Origin: Octopus bimaculoides
Taxonomy: Eukaryota
Length of the DNA: 64,000 nt
Direction: 5' to 3'
Assembly (NCBI RefSeq): GCF_001194135.2
Contig: NC_068984.1
Span: forward strand, 56,896,403 to 56,960,402
A program made the position numbers and the translations under genes. The notes below the pieces were generated by a model. That model made no database searches and was not told the DNA's origin. It worked only from the letters and a program-made list of their open reading frames with translations. Of this stretch, positions 53,055-64,000 are shown piece after piece. Each line of letters opens with the position of its first letter. The first letter of the stretch is position 1.

Positions 53055-55120
53055 CAAAGAATTATTTCCCCAACTTCACTAACCCTTCCAAGTTTCCACT
53101 TATTTAACAAGTAGTTAACAGGAACACACAGGCAGTGTTTTGCATTGTTAATGTGGTCACAAAGAGGTGAACCTGCATCTGTAGATTCTATATAATTTTT
53201 AATAAGAAATGTTTGTTATTAACAGTCAAATTTGAACTGGATAAAGTTTGAAAGTTTGGACTAGTCTTTTATGATTTATCATAAATGAATATGATAATAG
53301 TAGTGCTATTATGAAATCATTTTACATTCTCTTACTTGAATATCACTCTTCATTTTTGCTTTATAAACCATAGAAACTTCATCAAAAAACTATTGCTAAC
53401 TATTAATTTATGAGTCAGGCACACATAAGCTAAATCTCATCTTGGCTAGTATAATAGTACTGGTCAGTTACATTCTAGAGTGTATATTTATTAGTATTCA
53501 CACATTGGTAAACTCTATACCATTAAAGTATGACCTTACTACCTGTAGATGTATTGAAATACCTGCAGAAGACATTAACTCACAACTCTTGATCTCATAT
53601 TGCAATACATTAATTAAAAAATGGATGAATAAATAAATAAATATAAAGGAAATGACTTGATTAGATCAATAGTATGAATTTTGAAAAGAAAATGTTATGT
53701 CTTGACTTTTTCTACCTCATGGAGTTTTTAACCCAATATTTAGATACTATTATTTATAGTTTTATCTACTTCTATTTATACGGCTAAAATCAAATTATTT
53801 CATGTTCTCTCAAGGTTTCTAAATATTTATGATATAAGCAACACAACACAGCCACACACACACACAAATGAAAGGAAGAATATATAGAAATCATTGTTGA
53901 AACCACACAACTATTAAGTAGGAATAGACAACTTCTAACTGTATATTTTGGTAGAAATTGCCAAATTTATATCACAAATTATTGTTGTATTTTTTTCTTT
54001 TTGTCATTGGAATATATTATATAACTTGGTTTTGCAATAAACACCTCTCTTCTAGGATTAACTGAAGTTATTTTGTTTTAGTAGGTTCATTCTGCCTACC
54101 CTTTTTATCAATGCTAGTTTGGCTTTTAAAGTCTGTTGACTAGTTTTATTAGTTTATTTTATGGCTTTCAATTTGATGTATAGCCTTTTAGTACCAGTTT
54201 CTCAGATTTTAAGTGCCAGACTGTTGATTTCTTTTATCACAACATGTGTAGAATTCTGATACTACAAATTTTTCTTTCCTTCTTTTATTATTTTGTTTAA
54301 AGCGTATTCAGAGATATCTAATATGTAATTCCCAACAATGTAGTTATGTTATACAATAGTTTTTGTAGCTATTGACACAGAAAACAAGTGTATAAGGTAT
54401 CACTTTAAAAGTAGGCTTAGATACAAATCCAATTAACGACTAATTGTCTAATGTTTCTTATGAAAAGCCAGCAAGTCGGTTTTAGAAGCATTTTTATATT
54501 AAACTTTTTGACAATCAAAACAGATAGAGAATCCCTATCAAAGGACAGCTCTGTGAAGTAGACCTAACTGAACCCAGAATCAACTTTCTAGATAAATTTT
54601 ATGGCAAGTATTTTGTTTTGACACGCACATGTATATGTACACTCCTTATACAAATACCACTTTTCAGAACTTACACTCTCTGTGTTTATTTTATGTTGTT
54701 ATTTTCTTATTTCAGCTGTACTTTTGAGATAAAACAGAATATTTTTTATGATTTATATATCAGGTCATCCCTAAGTCAAAAAGTCATTATATAGCTATAT
54801 ATATCATATTGTGAGTTTAAATCTATTCATTTTTCTAAAATACTTTTTTTAATATTATATCTAGAGGATAGTTTATCTTCTGTGTACTATAAATATATAT
54901 TAGCATCAACCATAATCTTCATTTTTCTTTGTTTGAAATTGAAATACTTATCATCATGAAAGTACCAGAGAGTAGTAAGTATTAGAAATAGCAGAGCATC
55001 CTACTAAATGCATCATAATATTTAGTTATAACCTTCTGAGTTTGATTCTCACCTAGGAAAACCGTTATCCTTTCTTTATCAACGATGAAATATGTGGCAG
55101 TCATGTAGTGGGTTGATTCA

Positions 55121-55375
55121 TGGAGATACATGGCTTAGTGGTTAGAGTGTTGGACTCATGATCATAAGATTGTGGTTTTGATTCCTGGACCAGGTGACGC
55201 TTTGTGTTCTTGAGCAAAACACTTAATTTCATGTTGCTCCAGTCCATTCAGTTGGCAAAAGTGACTAATCCTATGATGGACCAGCGTCTCATGCAGCTGA
55301 AGAATCTATACACCATGGTAACCAGGAAACTGGCCCTTATGAATCAGGATGACTCAAGAAAGTAACTTTATCTTT
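55121..55375 (+). mobile_element. SINE with family D-like head and a different tail
   Basis: CATGGCTTAGTGGTTAGAG..GATTCCTGGAC..GTGTTCTTGAGCAAAACAC..GTTGCTCCAGTCCA, then diverges from 16961 and 20310. Confidence 0.7.
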
Positions 55376-57164
55376 CCTTTTTAGTGGGTTGATTCAAACA
55401 ACTTTACCTCTTACCCCAAAGCTTATATCTTTGTGGTTAACTTTGTAAAATCTTTATTATGATTATATAATCCACATGTACAACCTAAAATACTAATCTC
55501 TTTCAGATATCCTGCAATCTTTTTATCCCATTACTGTCTCTTTACTTTCATTCTCTGAATTAATTTTACTGCATTGGTTGGATTTCAATGCAGTATGAGT
55601 TTTCTTGAGTGCTAGACCTAATCCATTATCCAGTTCACCACTGCCATCTGACATTGGGTGCCTTTAACATAAAGTCCACTCTGTTGCAAACATTTGGAAC
55701 AGGTTTCCTGTCTCAGGATTATTTAATATCTTATTGCGCTTCTTCCTCTTTCTGCAACCCATGAATCACAATTCCTGCTCATTTTTTATCCTGTCCCACA
55801 AATTTCAGAGATCTGTGAAGGTCATAAGTATTACTCTTTCTCTTCTGGTAAAGTCATTACCATTATAAAAAAGTAAAAAAAGAACTCTTTAAGGCTTAAG
55901 TGGGGGTAAAGAAATAGTAAATCCACATCTACAGAGAATGATACTTTCCAACTGTGATATAGATGATATTTCTGGAGTAATGAAAGGTCAAATAAAATAT
56001 GACTTATATCAGCAGTATACTTGGGTCTATTGACCAATTCCCTTCCCTTTTCAGTGGTGTTGTATTTTCATAAGAAATCAATATTTGGTTCTGATATTGA
56101 CTTGCAGTAATTTTTGTTGAACTCATCAAAAAGACTAGAAAGCAATGGCCAATGTCATTTTGATTTGATTACTTGTAGTTACTAATTATTACATCTTATA
56201 TACATTCTTTAGCTTGATTTTTGTAATGAGCTAATAAACTGTAGAAACACACTAATTTAATGACATTTCCTTTGTCAACTCATCGAATTTGCTAATGTTC
56301 ATAAAATAACATTATACTTTCCACTTTCTTACTTACTGTTTCCCATGCAACATCAATAAATATTGCCTCTTTCTATCTTGTCTCACTGGAACGTACTGTA
56401 ACTTTTTTTTTTATCATTCTAATGTCTCTCTTCTTCTGTCACACACATTCCCACTTCCTCTCACATACACAACTACATAGTTTCTTGATCAAAACATTTA
56501 TTTCTACAGTACCTTTTACTTGACATTTTGAACTTTTTGTCATTCAAGTTGTTGCAGTTGTCAAGTTCTACAATTCTCTATTAGACATTTTGTAAGAGAA
56601 ACCTTGGTTTATTCATAAATGAAAGCCATATATTTTTAATGGAAATCAGTCTGAACTCAAGGAAGCCTGGAAAGATTTAGTTGTCAGATTTTATTTCTGA
56701 GCACTATTTTTGTGGGCATTCAAATTGCTTTTTATTTCTATTAGTAATTCAATGACATAATTTGATGTAAATTTCAAATATATTCTAACTAAATCATGTA
56801 TGCATTGGTTATAGCTTGACCTTACTCTAAGCATAAACATATATGATAGAATGATTAATGTAACTTACTGTATATTGATTTACTTTTTTTTATGTTCCCT
56901 TTTTCTCACGTAAACATATTATGTTGATGGGTGGAAATGCTTGAATAACTTCAACAGTTTAGCTTGTAATCTCATAAATACAAATTCTGGATATTTTGAA
57001 AACTTCTCTTGATGGTTAAGCAAACAAATGTATTTTATTGCCTTATTACTTTTAATTTTGTTGTTCGATGTTATAAGAATTTATAAACTTTTGAGAGAAT
57101 GTGAGAGAACTTTTTTTCTAGAATTGGATCTTGAAGTATTTATAAAGCTATAAATAATAATAAT

Positions 57165-58112
57165 TAATTCTTTTATTGGCAACAAGGGCTAATATAAAGA
57201 TACATTAAAGGACATGACAAAATGATACAAAGAGTTTTAGAACATGCAAATAAAATAACAAGGAAAAAACAAATAAGACTCCCAATAGGGGGAGATGCTT
57301 TAAGGCTATTCATGGCAAAACTCACAAAAGCCACGGGTGCCTGATCAACAGGGAAAAAGCCCTTCTCCTTTACTCTTTTTTACAGGTGTATTCTCAGAAT
57401 TGGTCCATTCACACTGGCCATTTTTCCAACATCCACCCACCTTTCAATATATTTGCCAGAAACCATTATTTCCCTCTCCACCCTCACTTTCCTTTTCAAG
57501 TGAGACTTGAAAAAGGGTTTGGCCAAAGAGGAAAGTGTCTAACTTTAGCCCTTTCAAACGAGTCCATTGTACTACCTCTTTTGCTACAGCCACCAGACAA
57601 ATGAAAATTGCCTTCCCCTCCCAGTTAAAGGAGGCTAGTGGGGCAATCTTCAATATGGATTCAGCTGATAGTTGGATCCGTCCTACATGCAGCAGTAGTT
57701 GTTTAACATAAACCCACAGCTCAGCAATGCTCAGGCATTGGATGAGTGCTTGCAGAATGGTTTCGTCACTCTAAGTACACCTTGGGCAGGCACCTCTGTA
57801 CCTGTAAAGTTTATCCCAAACAGGCAGTGCCCCTTGGTAGCACTGCCAGGTGAGGGATTTCTGAAAGTTATCCATAGGCCCCAGCCCAAAAGTTCTCCAA
57901 AACAGACCAGTAAGTTGATCCTCGTTGACGCCTAGAGTTTCCCCAAGAACGTCATCACACTTTTCCTCCACTAAGCCTCTATAGAACACTAGAGTGGACC
58001 TACTACCGATCGCATTGCCTGCCTGGCGGAGGGCTGTGAGCGCTTGATGGCATTCAAGGTGCCAAGCACCCTTCCTCGGTCTATGTCTAATCCAGGATTG
58101 CAGCTCAGTCAA
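57165..58112 (-). mobile_element. Tx1/L1-clade LINE 3' fragment (zf-RVT/CCHC region, 3' UTR and AATAAA)
   Basis: FQKSLTWQCYQGALPVWDKLYRYRGACPRC..ETIL.ALIQC..IAELW matches the L1/Tx1 C-terminal W..LPV...CPRC...ET..H...C motif. AATAAA on - near 57172; GC-rich island. Confidence 0.85.
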
Positions 58113-58915
58113 AGAGATGAGCTGGATTGTATATATATTGATATTGATATTGCATAGTTTTGTTTTACATTTAGGTTGTTTTAGTTGGCCTTAAATATTT
58201 AAAAAAGTTATTGTTGTACTGTTTCAGTAGTAACCTTTGATCAAATAGATAATGCAATGGAGCTTATCAACTGGATATTTTGTTACAAATCTCATAAGCT
58301 GAATATCTTCTATGCATTAAAAACTTACTTGCTTTTCAGTGTAATTTTGATTAAGTATTTATAGGGCTCTATCTTCTCTGTATATTTTATCTGTTTAGTT
58401 AAACCATACTTTTATTACTTGTATAATTTCTTAGTCATATATCCATAGCACTAATTAAAGTCAGTTCTGATTAACATCAGCATTTTGAGCTGAACTTGAT
58501 ATGATATTTTAGCTCTTTTTATATTCAAACTATAATGTTAGAAAGACTGATGTAGTTATTTGATAGCTTCATTTAGTCAATAGGATGATAGGGATGAAAA
58601 TACTTAATTTAAAATTTCCATTTCTTTGGTTTTCCTGTTCATAACTATCTTGTTTTTATTGTAATCTTGTTAATTTTGTTTTAAAACAAAAACTTGTTAA
58701 ATCTAAAACTATATAGTTACTCTGCTTTAAATTTTTAAACATCTTCCTACTCTGTATTTAAAGAAAGAACAGAATTTAAGAGAAATTTTGCTAGCCAAAA
58801 GCAAGCCGTAAAAAAGTTTTTCTCATGTATTTGAAGCGAGAAGTTTGCAATGAGAAAGCAGATTTTTAAAATATATTTTGACAATATCTATTTAACTTTA
58901 ATTATGGTAGTGTAC

Positions 58916-59075
58916 CTGAGTTTCGAATGAAAATAGAATGTTGAACTTGCTTCTACTTGGTGAATTTATTCTTTGTCCATTGCCAATAACCAATGCTGAG
59001 CCAATTGTTGTTGAAAGGAAGTGTGTTGAAATAATTGGTATCATCTGAACACTAGATACAAATGGCAGTGGGAAT
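58916..59075 (-). CDS. Candidate internal coding exon of an unidentified gene: (R)FPLPFVSSVQMIPIISTHFLSTTIGSALVIGNGQRINSPSRSKFNILFSFETQ
   Basis: Acceptor TTCTTTGTATTTCCAG and donor CAG|GTACAC bound 160 nt (phase 2 in, phase 0 out). One frame is open for 53 codons and the other two are stopped. No similarity to local repeats. No partner exon was established. Confidence 0.45.
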
Positions 59076-59976
59076 CTGGAAATACAAAGAATTTCATAAT
59101 ATTTAGCTTGGTATTATATAGCTGAACACTTTCTATTAGATAGCAAGAAAACAATTTATTTCCATTGTGTTTAAGTTACCATGACAGTTTATGTGAGAGT
59201 GTAGTCAAAATAACAATAAAAAATAAATAATAAAAGTAGAAGAGAAGTGAAATTTATTCTACAAACCAAATAAAGCTTCTAGAGGATTTTTTACCTTAAA
59301 TAATAAAGCTGTTTATTTGACATGATGTAATATTTAACACAATTTGTTATATGCTTGGCATTGTACAAATCTTGCAACTGATATTACTTATTCCTCCATA
59401 TATACTTCTTTTAGCATTTTTCTTTATAATTCTTACAGTATGTTTGTTAGTTTACTGTCGTTGTTTTATTAGAGTTAAAACACATGGGAAAAGTCAGATC
59501 CATTAAAAACACATAGTTCCCAACGATATGTAAATGATTACTAAAGGTTAAACTTCCTGATCGTGTTACTTTATGTAAAAAAATATGCACACCAAATATC
59601 ATTAAGTGTTACTCTCTGTAAACTAGGCATCAATAAGTTCGACTGACCCTTCTTGTCTGGCTTTAATGACCTTTTTTGTCTGTCTTTGGATGAATTCAAA
59701 ATTTTTATTTTGTCATAGACAAACTGATGATTTGTTTTATTTTCTGTCTGATTGATTTGATACTATTTATGCAAAATATAGGTTTAGATACAATATGTGT
59801 GTGTTTGTGTGTGTGTGTATGTATGTATGTATGTATGTATGCATGCATGCACGCACGCACGTACACACACACACATTCATAATTTTAAGTATATTTTAGA
59901 AACCACTCAAGTTATTGTAATGATTTCTATAGAAAGATTTGAATTTTTTTCCCATAAATCCTACAATTTATTTCAT

Positions 59977-60265
59977 ATAAAAAGTTTAGAATGGTATAAC
60001 AATGCACTATAGAACAAAAAAAATGGACTATATACCTGTTGTAACTTGGTTATCTATAGTCCGATGATATTTCGGAATTACAATTCCCTCTTCAGATCTT
60101 ATTTGCTGGAGTCTCTGCTATAAACAGAGACTCCAGCAAATAGGATCTGAAGAAGGAATTGTAATTCCGAAATATCATCGGACTATAGATAACCAAGTTA
60201 CAACAGGTATATAGTCCATTTTTTAAATTCTATAGTGCATTGTTATACCATTCTAAACTTTTTAT
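59977..60265. repeat. Long palindrome: 141-bp arms (59977-60117 and 60125-60265) around a 7-nt loop
   Basis: Arms are reverse complements with 5 mismatches counted by eye (about 96%); loop CTATAAA. Confidence 0.95.
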
Positions 60266-62505
60266 TCTTTACAAACAATACACAATGCTTCAAGCGAACT
60301 ACAATACTCTCTTATTTCATATGTTAAAGTGTTTTTGCTGCTCAACTGCAAACTGGTCTTGACACAGTTCCACTGCAACTGTTATAAATCTTGGAATTAA
60401 ACTTTTGATACATGACACTGACTGTGGTTATTAACACCCCCGTTAAACTAATGTAAGCTCCAAAAGGAAAAAAATGTATATATATGGGTAGAAATGCACT
60501 TGACTTTCATTATCAAAAATGATCTTTTTTTTACTTTAGTTATTAAAATTTGGACAGAATTAGATTGTTGGCATTTAATTAATTAATAATTATGATTCAA
60601 ACAGTCTAGAAAAAAAAGATTCCGGCTGTGAAATCCAATTAGATTCCCTGTTGGATGGTGATTGAATCTGTATGGCTATCATAATCACATATCCATTTAT
60701 GTTTCTGTTGAATATTTATCAAATAAGAAAAGATTATTCCACAAACAAAATACATAAGTATATGTGTTATTTCTTGATAATGAGTTTACAGAATTCCAAT
60801 CTTGATTCAAATGATAGTAATTAAAATTTCATTATAATTTGTCCTTATAACTTAATCAGTACAACACATGATATTGTAATTTTCATCAGTTTTTGCATAT
60901 TATTTTACTGACTATTCTCATATATATTTATGCCATTTCTTCTTAATCTTCTTAGGATACTAAAAGCAGGTACACTTGGTTTCTCATTTGGTATTACAGC
61001 TTTGATTTTGAATTTATCCGGGGAAAGGATGAGCAGTGCCTTTGATGTTTACAAGCCCTTCCAAACATGTGAAATTAATATGGCTGGTGCCAAGCCTTCA
61101 GCATCTTCAGGTCAATGTCTGTAGGAAAAACATAGGTGGTGAAAGAACAGGGACGAGTGTGTGTGTGCATGTGTTTAGTTCAAATACCTGCATCTCAGTG
61201 AACTACTCTGAAAGTACCCAAGGACCATGTAATAGTGTGTTAAACTAGGTAGTGTGTTAAATGGATAAGCTAGTGAACAAATATTCTATGGATATTGAAG
61301 TAAAATTCATTGAAAATATTTTATTGTGCTTTAGTTTATTTAGTTGCCAGAAATTGTCATGAGATCTTATGTTACAAAGCATAATGCAATAATTATGAGA
61401 GAAACAAGCCAATGTTGCAGCTAACCTGTGTTTTGTTGTGTGACTTGCTAGTAGCAGCCAAATCTCCACTGCCATAAAAATAGAATGGTGCTTTGGATAA
61501 TGCAATTCTAGATACACTACATATCAAGAATGAAGAATGATCAGAGCTGGATCAGGGTTCTAATAAATCAAGTCTAAAAAGCATCAGTAGAGAAATGCTT
61601 GAAACTTGCATGATCCTTATGTAGATATCTATCCCCCAAAATGCTACCTAGGTTTGAGTTTGATAGTAATATCTCAATGCTTCCAACTCTCAATATATAG
61701 GGGTGGAGTAGGAAAGTATCAAGACTACCCTAAAAGACACTTTCATGTGAAATATGAAATACTCCATACTTAATCAAGCTATTGCTTTGTTTCAATGGTA
61801 AACTTAAAGTAAAAGTTTAAACTTAAGGTAACTTAAAGTAAAAGCAGATTTCAGACAAAGGCCAGATTATCACATTTATTCTGACCTAAGATGGAATCTT
61901 GGAGAAACATTTATTTCAAAAGGACATTACAAGAGTGGAATATGCCATAGTGACTATGAAACTCCCGAGACCGTACAAAAATAGAAAGGTAACTGAAACA
62001 AAAACAAAAATAATGTAAATACAAAAATGTAAGTGCAGATGAGGGTAAACCCCAACAATTAGGGTATTCCTGTGAGGAGTAATGAGCTTAGGTATTATTA
62101 GCTTTGAATGACATAATGAAGTAACAATGTTACACATACTATAATTAAGAGAATAGGTTGCGCACCTGTCATTGTGTCTGAGATATGTCACTAGAAGTAG
62201 TAGTTGTTACTACAATGATTATTACACAATCCTTTTTTTTTAAAGCATATTTGTCAAACTGAAATGTTTGATAACACATATTACTTATTTATTGTTTTAC
62301 ATAAATAATAATAATAATAATAGTAATAATAATAATAATAATTGTACTACCACCACCACAATCACCACCACCACTAATAATAATAATACTTGAAAAACTG
62401 CTGAAAACTTGTGGATACCTAAGGTTACAGGTAATAACTCGCTACCCACATAAATCCTACCACGAATAAGACTGAACCTGAACCAATTGTAATAATATTA
62501 ATAAT

Positions 62506-62709
62506 CCTTTCTACTATAAGTACAAAGCCTGAAATTTGGGGGAGGGAGATAATCAATTTCGTTGACACCAGTACTCAACTGGTACTTATTTTATTGACCC
62601 TGAAAGGATGAAAGGCAAAGTCCACCTTTGTGGAATTTGAATTTGAGGATGTATGAAATACCACTAAGCATTTTGCCTGGCATTCTAGCAATACTGTCAG
62701 CTCGCCACC

Positions 62710-62758
<49 letters not shown>

Positions 62759-63470
62759 TAATAATAATAGTTATAATAGTTGTAATAATAAAAATTGTAA
62801 TAGTAATTGTAATAATAATAAAAATAATTGTAATAATAATAATTCTTTCTACTATTGGCACAGTGCCTGAAATTTTGGAGAAGGAAGCTAGTCGATTACA
62901 TTAACCCCAGTACTTGACTGGTACTTATTTTATCAACCCCGAAAGGATGAAAAGCAACGCCGACCTTGGCAGAATTTGAATTCAGAACGTAAAGACGGAT
63001 AAAATACTGCTAAGTATTTTGTCTGGCATGCAAATGATTCTGCTAGCTTGCTGCCTCAGTGATAATATTAATAATTGTAATAATAACAAAAATTGCACTA
63101 ATTTAGGCAAAGTCCAGTAATTTACAAGGGAGATGATTAGCCTACAATAATAATTCTTTATGATTTCGGCACTAGGACAAAATAAACACTGCAAAGTATC
63201 TTATCCAACACTCTAATAACTCTGCTTGCTCCTCATCCAATAATAATAATAATAGTGATAATAATAATTATAGCAACTTCTTATATAAGCAGATAGCCAG
63301 AAATTTGTTGGTGAGTGGGATTAGTTGATTAAATAAACCTCAGTACTTGACTGGTACTTTTGGGAGATGGAAGTCAAACCCAACCTTATCAAGATTAGAA
63401 CACTGAATGCAAAAGGATACAGTGAATTGCCACAAGATATTTTGTCTGAAACTCTTCCAGTTCTGTTAAT
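62506..63470 (-). mobile_element. Three tandem minus-strand family A SINEs separated by (AAT)n tracts
   Basis: Copies at about 62506-62711, 62843-63056 and 63275-63470; (AAT)n at 62711-62840 and 63060-63090. Confidence 0.82.
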
Positions 63471-64000
63471 CTACCATGCTAATAATCAGACAATAACTTT
63501 CATTTTTTCACCACAGGCTATTAAGTGCAAACATGGCATACAAATGTCAAAGTGTTTGTTTCATATATCAATAATGCACTACTATGTAATAAAGTTAGAC
63601 ATGATTGAAGTTTACCATAGAAATAATACTGCGTAAAAGATGAAATAGATTGTAGCTATGTGATTGATTTTTACACAACAAATTTCTATCAATAGAAATA
63701 TATAAAGTTGTTGCTACCATAGTTGTTATTGAAGTACCCAAGAATACATGCAGTGGCCATATTATAAATCTGTTTTACTGTTTCATCATTACTACAATCC
63801 ATTGACATGACAATAATGTGTGTTGTTCACAATATTATCAGGCAGTTGTCTCAGATATATGCATGTCATTTAAATATTTTACAGCACTCTGTCGTATATT
63901 AATTGATTGGTCAACCTGAAAATTCTTTTATATTGCCTACATGAAATTTCCTTATAGTAATATTGATTTCTAACAGGCTAAAGGTCATGTTTGTGGTATT

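Noticed and set aside
60930-61124. 64-aa plus ORF and a strong minus acceptor at 61118
   Set aside because: No recognisable motif; minus frames stop within about 15 codons.
61424-61505. Minus AG/GT-bounded open segment IALSKAPFYFYGSGDLAA
   Set aside because: It is the tail of repeat family C (GGAGATTTGGCTGCTA).
1-64000. CRISPR arrays, rRNA, intact tRNA or prokaryotic operons
   Set aside because: No regularly spaced repeat-spacer array, rRNA-like sequence or dense ORFs; the window is eukaryotic repeat-rich DNA.

Overview
AT-rich eukaryotic non-coding DNA. The SINE families, microsatellite load and LINE remnants look like an octopus or other coleoid cephalopod genome; this is recognition from memory, not a database result. 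There are two 10-N assembly gaps. The window is a transposable-element graveyard: a 995-bp solo LTR with intact termini and a 4-bp TSD, fragments of RTE, R4/Dong, Tx1/L1, CR1/L2-like and Penelope-like retroelements, a Helitron remnant, hAT- and piggyBac-type MITEs, a tRNA-Ala pseudogene, and dozens of copies of about four SINE-like families. No complete host gene is visible; the best candidate is one 160-bp minus-strand internal exon at 58916-59075. Nearly all ORFs in the supplied track are microsatellite, antisense or TE read-throughs. The most notable structures are a 289-bp near-perfect palindrome (59977-60265), an exact 195-bp copy of the LTR/host junction, SINEs stacked head-to-tail on (AAT)n tracts, and modular SINEs that share a 3' tail with the local RTE LINE. 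I cannot support a new biological system from sequence alone. Boundaries of degenerate repeats are approximate.
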